The notes under the pieces are model-generated. The model did no database searches. It worked only from the letters and a program-made list of their open reading frames with translations, and was not told the origin of the DNA. Below, piece by piece: positions 41,701 through 54,172 of a stretch of 64,000 bases of DNA. The DNA comes from Eledone cirrhosa (lineage: Eukaryota): positions 53,506,001 through 53,570,000 of the forward strand of contig OZ024749.1 in NCBI GenBank assembly GCA_964016885.1, read 5' to 3'. The translations under genes were made by a program, and so were the position numbers. Numbering within the stretch: position 1 is the stretch's first letter; each line of letters starts with the position of its first letter.

Positions 41701-44700
41701 TTCTGGAGCTCTCACAGCCTCATCCGGCCCTCACAGTTTGGATTTATCCCTAACTCCAGCTGCTGTGATCAGCTTATCGAGTTCCTTGAAGACATCACCC
41801 GGATCACTGACAGTGGCTCATGGGTGGATGTTGTTTACCTTGACTTTGCTAAGGCTTTTAATTTTGTGCCACACAAAAGACTTATGGCAAAACTCTCTGC
41901 AATGGGTGTGAGGGATGATCTTTTCGACTGGTTGAAATCCTTCATTCTCAGCCGAAAAAAAGTAGTCACAGTTCTAGGACAGCATTCTTCACCATATGAG
42001 ATGTCATCTGGTGTACCACAGGGATCTGTTCTTGGTCCCCTTTTGTTTGTGGCATATATTAATGACATAGATGCCAACTTACAGAATGCCACGGTACTGA
42101 AATATGCAGATGACATCAAGCTGTACCTTGAAATCAAAAGGACTGATCCTGAAATTTACAACTCTTTCCTACAATCAGACCTGGACACAATGCAGCAATG
42201 GATCACAGACTGGCAACTGAAGCTGGCTGTGGACAAGTGTACCACCATGCATTTTGGAAGGAAAAATCCAGCGTCCACATACTCCCTCCACAACACTGAT
42301 ATCAAGAAGTCCTCTTGTGAACGTGACCTGGGCATTACTGTCAGCAGCGATTTGCGTTGGACAAAGCATGTCTCTAAGATTGTCAAGAAGGCCGAGGGTG
42401 TCTTGGCATCACTCAGCAAGACCTTTGTTAGCTGCTCTCCAGCCATCTATTTAAAACTGTATACAGCTATGGTACGACGACACTTGGAATTCGCATCATC
42501 AGTCTGGAACCCCTATCTTGCTCAGAACATTGACCTCCTGGAAACTGTTCAGAGACGTGCAACCAAGCGCATACCCTCCATCAGACACCTACCATACTCT
42601 GAACGCCTTGCTTCCCTGGGCATGGATTCATTGAAACTCCGACGTCTGGCAATGGACTTGGTGAATACCCACAAAGTTATTAACCATCTCACCAATTGCA
42701 ACCCTGAGCACCTTTTTGATCTCCATGTGTCTAACACACGTGGACATGCCTACAAAATCAGAAAACAACACAGCTCCCATGACTTTCGTAGACATTTTTC
42801 CATGCTCAGAGTTGCTGAAGCATGGAACAAACTGCCTGCGTCAGTTGTTAGCTGCCGAGACACTGCATCCTTTAAGACACTCATGCTTCCCGAAATACGC
42901 CAAAACTACACCTGATGTACCCCTTCCATACACATGCACACGTGTGTATCATGACTCGTGCACTGTTCATTTTACTGATGTTTGTGCATTGCCCTATGTA
43001 CTGTACATGCACTTTTTGATGAGTTGTGTTGCACCTGGGCACTGTACACAATATTTCATTATTATTATTATTATTATATCATGACTCATACACTGTTCAT
43101 TTTCCTGACATTTGTACATTATTCTATGTACTATACATACACCTTTGATGAGTTGTAGTGCACCTGAGCACTGTACACAATAATTTCATTATCAATACAT
43201 TGACAACTTCAGTAATTTTAATTTCATTTTTAAATTATAAAATGAATAAATATTGATTTTTAATTAAGGAACAAAGCTAACAAATTTACATTAAATATTA
43301 ATGTATAGAAAATCCTGTGTAATTTAATAGAGAAACAAACAGAGAATAGTATATATGTACCCTCAACCTGTCTGGGAGATCAGTAGCCCCACTTCAGTAC
43401 TGGCTTGGTCAATGTAGACCCGTCCAACCCCTGCTAGCAGGGAATGCGAATGTTAAACAATGATGATAATGATGGTGGTGGTGGTGGTGGTGACAGAGAA
43501 TACTAAATATCTATATATACCTTAATACTGTCAACTATTGATGTAGAGAATGTCCAGTGAAATTTAATCTCTGTACAACACACATCCTTAGAAATACATA
43601 ACCTATAATACATAAATACATAAGATATAAATGTGTGTGTCTCTTCTCATTAATAGTCAGTAACTTGACCTAATTATCTTAGCTAAACATCAAAGAATAC
43701 TTTCTATCCTCGTTATATCCATTACTCAGCAGTAATTAGTGATTATATTAAAGGAATGTTGGAATTGCATAAGATGAGGAGTTTCGACTGAAGATGAAGG
43801 AAAGATAAAAAAAAAGATAGTAAACCTACATTAAATTTCAATACACACACATGCATGTGTACACACACAGATGTACGTGTACACACATGCATGCACACAT
43901 ACACCCACACATGCATATATACATAAACACATAGGTGTGTACAAAGGAATGAAAGAAAAGCAATCAATCCATATATACTTAATTCATGAATATATTTATT
44001 ACAGGAAATTAGATTTATTCTGCCCTAATTACATATTTTTTTAACGATTAACAAGATCCCAGACCTCATTTACAAAGTGGACGTGGAACGTGTCAAGTCA
44101 GACCAAGGAAACAATATTGGTCTTTCCATTGCTGATACTATTTACCAGTTGTAACTCCTGGCAGAAAGATCAATATGAAATAAAGTGTCTTGCTGATATA
44201 ACACATTGTCTGGTATGGGAATCAAACTCACAACCTCAAGATTGTGAATCCAATTCTCTAACCACTCAGCCACACACCTTCACATATCATGTGTTACAAC
44301 TTCCAATTCATGTTTAGCAAACTTTCTATGGTTGATTGCCCCTATCACAAAACACTTTATAAAGTGTGCTGGTTGTGTATATTATGTAGATTACCAATAC
44401 TATGGAAGTTATCATGTCTTTGACACAACTAAAGAGTCCCTTCGACACTTTGTTTGACAGGCTTTCTACAGCTGGATGCTTTACAAACCACTTTACTGTG
44501 TACTGGGAGCATGGTTTCTAAGGTTGGATGCCCTTCCTAACACCAGCCACTTTATAGAGTGTACTAGGTGTGTTTAACATGTAGATCACCAATACTAGGG
44601 AGCTTGTCATAATCTTTGACACATCTGAAGGCTCCCCGCAGCCCTTTATATTATAATATTATTATAGTAATGATTGTTATTACAATTGTTGGAATCAAAA

Positions 44701-47700
44701 ATCCATTAAACTTACGTTGGTTCTTTCTTGATAACAACAGGAGGTTCTTTAAAGACTGTAAAATAAAGTAGAGAGAATAGATGTTAAATGACTGTGGTGG
44801 TGGTGGCTGTGATGATTGTGGTGGTGGTGGTGGTGGCTGTGGTGGTGGTGATTGTGGTAGTGGTTGTAGTCGTGGTGGTTGTGGTGGTGGTTGTGGTGGT
44901 GGTAGTGGTTGTAGTGGTGGTGGTAGTGGTTGTAGTGGTGGCTGTGGTGATGGTGGTAGTAGTGGTGGTGGTGGTGGTGGTTGTGGTGGTGGCTGTGGTG
45001 GTGGTGGTGGTGGCTGTGGTGGTGGTGGTGGTGGTGGTAGTGGTGGTAATAGTTGTGGTTGTAGTGGTTGATGGCAATGATGATGGTGGTGATGATGATA
45101 TTTACCTGGAGGTGGTACAGTAGTTGGAAAACTTAACCTATTTGAAGAAGAGAAGCTTTTTTCTGAAAAAAAAAAATGAAAATAAGGAAATTATATAATT
45201 TTCCTAACTATGATATATTTAGACATTATATCTGAAGTAAAATAACATCTTTTGCCAGGATGCAGGGGAGGTTTTGGGCAATTTGGAATCAAAATGGTTA
45301 AACTATGGTGAAATAGTTTCAGCGATATCTTTAAATTTGATGAATTTGTAAGAGATAAGTTGTTAAATATTGGCTCAATATATCACTGACTTGTTTGTCT
45401 TTTAAAAGGAGTATGAATATTGATGTTGTTAGCAACACTACAGCTACACTTACATGTGGTGAGTGCGGTGTTGTTAACAACACTACAGCTACACTTACAT
45501 GTGGTGAGTGCGGTGTTGTTAACAACACTACAGCTACACTTACATGTGGTGAGTGTGGTGTTGTTAACAACACTACAGCTACACTTACATGTGGTGAGTG
45601 TGGTGTTGTTAACACTACAGCTACATGTAGCTAGTGTGGTGTTGTTAACAACATTACAGCTACACTTACATGTGGTGAGTGTGGTGTTGTTAACACTACA
45701 GCTACACTTACATGTGGTGAGTGTGGTGTTGTTAACAACACTACAGCTACACTTACATGTGGTGAGTGTGGTGTTGTTAACAACACTACAGCTACACTTA
45801 CATGTGGTGTTGTTAACAACACTACAGCTACACTTACATGTAGCTAGTGTGATGTTACCAACATGACCACAACTACACTAAAATGAATGCCACAACATCC
45901 CATTCCATTCCCTTAAAATGTGGTCCTTAAGGAATATATCAAATCACTCTTACTTTCAAAAAGCTGTTCAACCTTCAACTGTCCAACATAACATTTCTCC
46001 AACATAGAATTAACATTAACCCAGCGATGGATCTAAATTAAGAGAAATACAGATAAAAACAAAACATATTCATTTTGTTTGAATTTCTAAGATGAGAAAT
46101 TATTATTATCATTATTATAAGGGTGGTGGATTGCCCATATCGGCGGTGGACAACATGCTTTGTGGCATAGAGTTACGACCCTTTGTGTTATAAGTTCAAA
46201 TCCCACTGAAGTTAGCTTCGCCTATAGGGTTGATAAAATAAAATACCAATCTGATTGTAGGAAAGAGTTATAGATTTCAGGATCTGTCCTTTTGATTTCA
46301 AGGTACTGCTTAAAGAATGCCACAGTACTGAAATATGCAGATGACATCAAGCTGTACCTTGAAATCAAAAGGACAGATCCTGAAATCTATAACTCTTTCC
46401 TACAATCAGACCTGGACACAATGCAGCAATGGATCACAGACTGGCAACTGAAGCTGGCTGTGGACAAGTGTACCACCATGCATTTTGGAAGGAAATATCC
46501 AGCGTCCACATACTCCCTCCACAACACTGATATCAAGAAGTCCTCTTGTGAACGTGACCTGGGCATTACTGTGAGCAGCGATTTGCGTTCGACAAAGCAC
46601 ATCTCTAAAATTGTCAAGAAGGCCGAGGGTGTCTTGGCATCACTCAGCAAGACCTTTGTTAGCCACTCTCCAGCCATCTATTTAAAGCTGTATACAGCTA
46701 TGGTACGACCACACTTGGAATTTGCATCATCAGTCTGGAACCCCTATCTTTCTCAGAATATTGACTTCCTGGAAACTGTTCAGAGACGTGCAACCAAGCG
46801 CATACCCTCCATCAGACACCTACCATACTCTGAACGCCTTGCTTCCCTGGGCATGGATTCATTGAAACTCCGACATCTGGCAATGGACTTGGTAAACACC
46901 CACAAAGTTATTAACTATCTCGCCAACAACAACCCTGAGTACCTTTTTGATCTCCATGTGTCTAACACATGTGGACATGCCTACAAAGTCAGAAAACAGC
47001 ACAGCTCCCATGACTTTTTAAAAAAAATTTTCCCGCTTAGAATTGCTGAAGCATGGAACAAACTGCCTGCGTCAGTTGTTAGCTGCCGAGACACTGCATC
47101 CTTTAAAACCCTCATGCTTCCCGAAATTCGCCAAAACTACACTTGATGTCCCCCTTTCATACACATGCACACATGTGTATATCATGACTCATGCACTGTT
47201 CATTTTCCTGACGTTTGTACATTACCCTATGTACTATACATACACTTTTGATGAGTTGTACTGCACCTGAGCACTCACTGTACACAATATTTTCATTATT
47301 ATTATAATGCATTGAGGTCAATTTAATCGATTTTCCCCTCCTCTCCAAATGTGTTACCTAAATCAGAAACCATTATTATTATTATTAGAATCTGATTTAT
47401 GGCAGTGGTGGTGCTGATCAATGAAAATCATTCAGTGGAATTGAACTGGAAGATCAATAAGGTGGTAATCAATATTTAGTTAAATTTCTGATAATTTTAA
47501 AAACAAATCAAATGTTGAAATTTGTATGCATTACCTCATCAAAGAGTTGAGTAGCATCTTTGCCAACACCTCGCATTAACTCAGAAACACCTCCTGGGTG
47601 ATACTCCATATAGGGTGTGACATTGTATACTTTACCTGAAATAATACAGAAAATTACAATATATTATTAGGAAAATCTATTATAGTGTTTATTTCTTAAC

Positions 47701-48635
47701 TTTTAACATTCTGTAATTATTTAGCAGAAAATGTCTAAAAGTGGGCTTGCCAAACAAGAAGTTGGAACAAACCCTTTAGTTTGTGTCAACTTCTGTGCAC
47801 TTGATAGAACATATGACCACATGCAAGCTGGATACTCTTCCTAACACCAACCACTTTACAGCTGGGTGCTTTTATCGTGTAGATCACCAGCACAAGAGAG
47901 GTTGTCATATTCTTGACACAACTGAAGGGTCCTCCCAACCCTTTCTTTGGTAAACTTTATATATATATAGATATCATATGGGGCATGTGTTTCTTTTTAT
48001 TGGCAATACTAGCAACATGACCCCCCCCCCCATACTAGCAACATGACTCTCCCCAATACTGGCAACATGACCCTCCCCAATGCTAGCAACATGACCCTCC
48101 CCAATACTGGCAACATGACCCTCCCCAATGCTAGCAACATGACCCTCCCCAATACTGGCAACATGACCCTCCCCAATACTGACAACATGACCCTCCCCAA
48201 TACTGACAACATGACCCTCCCCAATACTGGCAACAAGACCCTCCCCAATACTAGCAATATGACCCTCCCCAATACTGGCAACATGACCCTCCCCAATACT
48301 GGTAACATGACCCTCCCCAATACTAGAATCATTACCCTCCCCAAATATAACAAATAGAAATAATATTTGCCTCGTATGGCCATCCAGGCATCATCCATAG
48401 TATTGTGTTTGCTCAGCTCTTCCTTCGACACAGTAATAATCTTCCCACCAACACCGGTCAAATCTTGACCACTCCGTGCTAAACGTATCCAATCCATTAA
48501 ACTACGACGTTCCTTCAATGCAACTTTGTTCCGTCCAACAGAAGCTGGTGAAGCACACTGCTGGGAATTTGGACTTGGAAACTGAGACATTGTGAGTTTC
48601 ACAGCTTGCTGTTTCTCAACTGATTTGTTGTCCAT
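31013..48635 (-). CDS. CYB5R4: Cytochrome b5 reductase 4 (NCB5OR; b5-CS-b5R), 532 aa; exons 48635-48371, 47635-47535, 46032-45954, 45162-45106, 44755-44716, 40807-40656, 40439-40407, 39685-39572, 39367-39227, 38600-38448, 38158-38005, 32964-32878, 32112-31942, 31064-31013
   Basis: 1599 nt in frame. FPSPNSQQ..RSLMDWIRL..DLTG, cytochrome b5 VYNVTPYMEYHPGG and IHRWVN (both heme His), CS domain FDWFQSE, FAD motif RQYT, IKIYEDG, AAGTGITPM, FFNKTQEDIIWR, CACGPSPFT, C-terminal HPF. In-frame TAA upstream of the ATG. First intron GC-AG, all others GT-AG. Confidence 0.95.
31095..31495 (+). mobile_element. RTE-type LINE 3' fragment, second family (copies 38925-39220 +, 56745-57320 -, 6115-6205 -)
   Basis: RIERSQLRYYGHVVRMSQ..KPTGRR..RWLDNI remnant ending in a GAA-type tail. 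Confidence 0.8.
32355..32600 (+). mobile_element. tRNA-derived SINE family 2 (copies ~5675-5845 -, 44055-44280 -)
   Basis: A-box TGGCTTAGTGG and B-box GAGTTCAATTCC head, shared body ending AAATGAGGTCTGGGATC. Confidence 0.75.
33078..35215 (+). mobile_element. RTE-clade LINE, 5'-truncated, frameshifted reverse transcriptase
   Basis: GSDHQLV (endonuclease end), LRNRFSAL, PKKGD..NYRGISL, FIDFRKAFDSV, GVLQEDTLAPYLF, EFADD, FLYLG, RRLRLAGH over ORFs 33033-33353, 33698-34783 and 34648-35079. Confidence 0.92.
35270..36520 (+). mobile_element. RTE LINE 3' part with PHD-like Cys/His finger inside the RT thumb
   Basis: KINLAKTK-..CSVC..CPKC.WVHKRC..CGRC-..FRYLG, GWKKFREL, LRWYGHVMR, GRPRKTW; one in-frame TAG (35756-35758); (GAT)n tail. 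Confidence 0.9.
36684..37949. repeat. 46-bp minisatellite, ~27 copies
   Basis: Head-to-tail TAGTACATCACCCACCAGCCCTCCCTGCTCACAAAATACATCTGTG with CTTTCT and TGTA variants; no spacers. Confidence 0.97.
40885..43195 (+). mobile_element. CR1-clade LINE, 5'-truncated; RT frame intact 41506-42915, (ATT)n tail, duplicated 3' end 43078-43195
   Basis: PLFKKG..NYRPVSLTS, YLDFAKAF, GVPQGSVLGPLLF, KYADD, ERDLG, LETVQRRATK, TRGH, WNKLP; frameshifts upstream of 41520. Confidence 0.95.
44790..45100. repeat. (GGT)n-type trinucleotide microsatellite
   Basis: Imperfect GGT/TGT/AGT run filling most of a CYB5R4 intron. Confidence 0.95.
45422..45865. repeat. 45-bp minisatellite with internal palindrome (~10 copies)
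   Basis: Unit GTGGTGAGTGTGGTGTTGTTAACAACACTACAGCTACACTTACAT. Confidence 0.95.
46250..47305 (+). mobile_element. CR1-clade LINE 3' copy with 5' inverted duplication, nested in a SINE
   Basis: 46309-47305 is highly similar to 42078-43075; 46250-46306 is the reverse complement of 46354-46410. Confidence 0.92.
48004..48345. repeat. 24-bp minisatellite, ~14 copies
   Basis: Tandem CAATACTGGCAACATGACCCTCCC in the first CYB5R4 coding intron. Confidence 0.95.
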
Positions 48636-49716
48636 ACAGATAGTCTTGCTGCTTCTACTGACAGGACTAACTGGTCTTGGGCTGGACTTGCAACACCCCA
48701 GTTTGAATTATCTTCAAAAAGTTTGATTGAAAGAGGATAAAAAGAAAAAAGAAAAAAGTTTCAAATCTCAATGAAAAAATGTCTAGACAACAACATTGGT
48801 GTAGCGGGAGCTCACAGTACCTAGCCAAGGGGACAGCAAGGCAAGGGAAAGACACTTTTTGGGGGAGTATTTGCACCTTAGTTAACATGAATGATAGGCC
48901 ACAATAGAAATGCTGTGCCCCCTTCATACCTGCACTTGCCCCTTTGTGACACCATCTCTGAGTAACAAAGGATTTTGTAGGTATATGTTAAACGTTAATG
49001 AGTGTTAATTGATTAGAAATCATATACTGACAACAGGCAAGCTTTAACGTTCTGTACCACATCAAACCGCATTAACAAGGCATTCGTGAAAAGTACAAAA
49101 CAGCATCTATGACTACATCACATTAAAAATTGAAGTCTTTAATCTAATACTGCAAATTTTCATGATTAGCTTTTTCACTAGCAAAGATACTGTAAACATT
49201 TGAATTAACAAACCGGTTTTTTAAAGATATTTTCTGCTAAATCATTACAGGATGTTAAGAATTAAAATAGATGCTTTTAATGAAATTTATTTTTGAAAAA
49301 AGTTTACTAAGTTACATATATTGAGAGAGGGGTAACAGTAGTACTGGTGGTGGGGGTGGTGATATATATTGAGGGAGGGGAAGAGAGTTACTATTAAATC
49401 TTTTCACTTTCTTATGCTTATAGAAATTAGTAAATCTAATCCACATGACACCACCATAGATGATACTTAAGGGTCAGTCTTCCTCACCATTTCATTGGTT
49501 GCTGCAAGAATCTCATTCACTTTATCACCTCCACATAAACTGGTGTTTTTTTTTTATTCGTTCTAGCACTGGCACAAGGTCAGCAATTTAGGGAAAGGGG
49601 AAGGTCGACTATATGACTCCAGTTCTTAACTGGTACTTTATTTTATTGACCACGGAAGGATGAAAGGTAAAGTTGACCTCAGCGGGATTTGAATTCAGAA
49701 CTAAGAAAATCATAGC

Positions 49717-49915
49717 TACGAGGGTAGGCTGAAAAGTTCACAGGCTGATTATGAAGGAGTGATGCTAGAGTTGTGAAATCTTGCATGCATTAATTTCAAC
49801 TCTTCTTATTAATAACTGCTTCGTTTCCTTCCAGGCTCTATGTTGGAAAGCAATAAACCTCATTTGGTCATTCCATGAGAGTATCAGCCTATGAACTTTT
49901 CAGCTGACCCTCGTA
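49717..49915. mobile_element. Mariner-type MITE (degraded copy ~26985-27148)
   Basis: TA-CGAGGGTAGGCTGAAAAGTTCACAGGCTGA ... TCAGCCTATGAACTTTTCAGCTGACCCTCG-TA terminal inverted repeats with TA flanks. Confidence 0.85.
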
Positions 49916-52900
49916 AACACAGCAAATCAACTGCCATGTAGATTTTAAAATAATGGAAAATAGGAGTAAAATTCTATTCAAAGTTTTAAAAAACAAAACA
50001 AAATAGTCAGTCTTTAAATATTACTAATTTATTCCTGACTTTCCAATTACATTTTTGTTATTAGTTTCATTATATCTAATCCAGCTGAGGTTATATTTGC
50101 CTTTCATTCTTATAGGGTCGATAAAATAAAGTACCGGTAATGCATTGAGGTCGATTTAATCAACTTTCCCTCCTCCCTCTCCCAAAATTGTTGACCTTGT
50201 GCCAAAATCAGAAACCATTATATATATCTATATTGGAATTAATATATATTATTTTACCCAGCAGTTAACGAAACTACAATTATGGGCGATACCTTTGTTT
50301 ATTTTCATTTTATTTGTTTCATCTTTATTTATATATATATATTTTAGAATTTTATTTCTCGCCCTAGCACAGCTGATGCATAAATGTAAGTATGCGCACG
50401 TACTCATATATATATATATACACATATAAATATATACATATATATATATAAACACACGCACACACATGCATATGTACGTATGGGTGATATCGAACATTAA
50501 TAATAATGTGCGATTTATTTGTAAATAAACGGCCCGATTTGAAGCTGTGTCGTGTTGGTGACCGATCGTCACCCGTTTGTTCAACACTGGCTTTGAGGAA
50601 CAATCAACGTGTTTCTGGGTCATTACCCTTTATCAGGACTGGATACCTCTGCCAGTCAGTAAAAGAGAGTAATCTCCCCTAAGCTATAATTTCTCAACTT
50701 AGATTTGTAACTATGGATAGCAACAAGTACAGCCAGCTTAGCGACGACAGTCTGTGGTAACAAATCTGATTTAGAAATAAAAATACTGTAAAACAGAGAG
50801 CAGAAATACTGAATCTAGGAAGACAAAGGCACAGGCTTTTTATTTATTTATTGTATATTGTTTTGTTTCATTTAGGGTATTGAATTTTCCCCTTCCACAT
50901 TTATGCTTTTGTTGTCATTGTCTACATGTCGGCTATTGTCAGTTAAAAAGCAACTTAAAATATTGTTTGTTTAATTGTTCTTACTATTTATTTATTTCTC
51001 GTATTGAAATAAAATGTGACTTTATTTCAATTTCACTGAAATACTCCCACTTCACCACACAGCACGCCTCTACTCACGGTGTAATAGGAAAGAAAACATT
51101 TCAAATATTTAGTAATTATAAAATAAGTTCTTATATTAATATATCAATTAGTATCGTTGTTTGTGTGAAAGTAAAATACGAAAAAATAGAGTAAATTCCG
51201 TATTTATTTCTTTATTTTTAAAAATGTTAAAGAAAACCGAAAGCAATAAAAATGATTGAATATTGTTATATAAAGTAATAATGTTTACCATGTACATTGA
51301 AATAAAGTAAAATCTATATAATATTCTAAAATACGCGAATATCAATTCATATTCGTCTTGTAATTTTTGCTAGAGTCCCTTCTTCTTTGCCAACATGTAT
51401 TGCTTTTCAATAGTCTACGTTTGAAAACTGACATCATTTAGAATATATTCACAACTCCATTATTATTATAATCAAAAATCAAATGTGTACAGGCAGGATC
51501 CACTACGGGCCGAAATGTTTCGCACCTAAGAACAACATTTACGAGTATTTCTTTCCACTGCATGAAATACTCAATGGCCCTCATGATACTCTCTCCTGAG
51601 AAATTTCCTAGGCTTATCTTATATTTGAATTCATCAACCTCTACGTTAATAAGAATTCTTACTTCAGTATTTTTTTAAAACTAAAACTTACTTTAATTCT
51701 TTTTATATTTCACTTTCGTGACTTCCACATTTCTCTTTTTTATTTTACTTTCATTTCTAACCTTGCTTTTGATTTTTATCAATGAATATTTGAAATAGTC
51801 TAAAATTTCTCACAAGAAAATGACAGATGAATTATTAATTAGTAATAGCCAACTAGACTTACTATTTTACTATATTTAATTCCGTTCGTGTTTCTCACTG
51901 TCTTGAATTCAATTCTTGCAAGATAAACAAATTACTAATAAAATTATTAGAAAGGGAGTTTCCAGAGCCCCTCGTGGCGTGTTTATATTCTAATACATCA
52001 ATTGTATTTACTAATGAAGATACATATACTAACGTAAAGATGTAAACATAAATATATCGTAATCGATTATACTCCTTCCTTCTCTATGAAAGTAAGTATC
52101 TCGGGCCCAACAAGTTGGCCTTGACCTTATTATATATTTTAAAAAAAGTATCAATGCTATATATAACAACACGAGCAAGCTAGTTGTTTTCTAAAACAAG
52201 AATAGTAACATTCTTTTCTTGATGTTAGTAATTTTAAAAAGGTCAACTGATAATGGTACAGACCTGAAGATAAGTCATTTGGAGAAATATCATGTTTCGG
52301 AGAGCAGCGAAAGACAGAATTGTGGAGAGAAACTAAACAAAGAAATCATATATTAAAGAAGCGAAATGAAATTGGATTTATCTTAAAATAATAAATGAGA
52401 GTTGATTTGTGAAATACATTGAAAGGTTAGAATTAAAAACGAAAACTTTATTCCTTGTAATTTAAGACTTTTCCTTTCCTTTCGGTATGTTTAAATGACT
52501 CCACATTCAGAGAGGAGGAAACTGGGATGTTGTGGTGTTCACACGTTTAAAGGACTTCAGCTGAAAATCGCAACCTGTTCGCAGGACTAAATGTTTTCTC
52601 ATCACCTGTGTATGGAGCTCGTCGTTTAAGGCAAAGCTTCCAAGAAATATTACTTTTAAATAACTTTTTCTTAATTTATACTATAAATTACTATATCGGA
52701 ATTAAAGAATTCTATAAAGAGAAGGTGATTGTCAAACTAAATAAACAAACAACACATCAACAAACGAAGAAAGGGTGGCACCTTACCTTTTAGAAACTGT
52801 TACAAGAGAAGAAAGCCGTGGGGCATGGATGAATGATGCCACTCACCAATGATGTTAAGATCAAAGTTAAGTATACATATAATTAAGCTGCTGTTAATAT

Positions 52901-54014
52901 ACACAGCTTAAACAAGGCACCAACGATATCTGTTGTGTCTATATTACGATACATAGTGTTTAGCCATAACTCGTTTAATTTAAATGTACGTCAGTATAAA
53001 AAGTAGTGTTTAATGTGTTTTAACATGATTGAACTATTTCGATGATAAATACACAATATTAACAAAAGCAATATTGTTGAAATAAACACGCCTTGTGAGC
53101 ACAAGGTAACAGTAAGACGGCTATATATGGTAGTGTTTATTTATTTCCATTGAATAAATGATGTCAGTGATGATGAAAAAAATAAGAGAGCGTTGTTAGA
53201 TTAGTAGTAATAGTAGTAGTTATAATATTCTAGCAATGTACCATTGACTACTGTCGTTCGGTGGTTGAACATACATGCCATAAAATAATAATATTCAACA
53301 CAAGCGGCTTTTTATTTCTTACGCTGAGGCCGTACTTTACAGAGGGTTCAATGTGAACACAATTGTATGAGAGACAGTGAAAGTAATTTTTTAAAAATTA
53401 AATTGTTGAGTTATTTTTATGCGACAGGTTTGCGATCCCTACTTTTAGAGTTATTTCACTTGTGACAATATTTTATGACTGAAAGTAAAGCTGAATATTA
53501 TTTATCGGATTATATATATGTGTGGCTCGTTGCCGCGGAACCATATATATATATATAGTGTGTGGTAATTTTTTATTATTATACTCGTCTCCTTTGGAGA
53601 TGAAATTTATTTATTTATTTATATGATTGTTTATGTTTTGAAAGAATCTGACCTTCATAACTGCCGGAAATTGTTTTTTAATATATAGACATTCCTTCAA
53701 CACGGATTATATAGAAAGAGGAAACAAGGAAAGAATTTATCAAAATCTTTTACACCTACACACATCTTTATATATACTGTATATATATATATCCCCACAC
53801 GTAAGAGATATTTCTGTGTATATACTCAATCTACACTCGTCTCATCCCCGACTATTATTTTAGGGTCTTTAAGCAGTTCTCGATATTCTAAGACATTTTT
53901 TTCCTCCCCCATAAAAAAACCCCTCGCAAATAAACTGTTTGCGGGGTATTAATAATTATCTAATTATTTTTGTGTGAGTTCAATCCTACTGTGGTTTCCC
54001 CACTAGAAATGTGA

Positions 54015-54105
54015 ATTGGTGCGAGGGAGCACTTTTGACTGCCACACAACTGACCAATGGCAGTGGAGAAGGGGCGGAGTTACTCATGCGCATTAGGGAT
54101 CAATA
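54015..54105 (+). promoter_or_regulatory. Candidate Pol II promoter: CCAAT boxes and GC box
   Basis: ATTGG 54015-54019, CCAAT 54054-54058, GGGGCGGAGT 54071-54080, CATGCGCA ~54085, about 90-160 nt upstream of ATG 54173 in otherwise AT-rich DNA. Confidence 0.5.
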
Positions 54106-54172
54106 TGGGCTTATACGTAAACATGTGTCAATTCATTCATTTCAAATTTTAATTACTCGGGTACAAGCAGTA

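Noticed and set aside
41506-42915. Stand-alone domesticated reverse transcriptase
   Set aside because: Part of a 5'-truncated multicopy CR1 with upstream frameshifts and an (ATT)n tail; the open frame is explained by young age.
44781-45866. Gly/Cys-rich, poly-Thr, poly-Val and TCGECG-repeat ORFs (metallothionein- or keratin-like look)
   Set aside because: Translations of a GGT microsatellite and a 45-bp minisatellite in CYB5R4 introns.
48009-48370. LGRVMLPV repeat tail on the CYB5R4 first-exon ORF and the MTLPNTGN ORF
   Set aside because: Read-through into an intronic 24-bp repeat; homology resumes at 47635.
54011-54172. 54-aa N-terminal extension of the transposase from GTG
   Set aside because: Non-ATG start in a eukaryote, overlaps promoter motifs, no family similarity.
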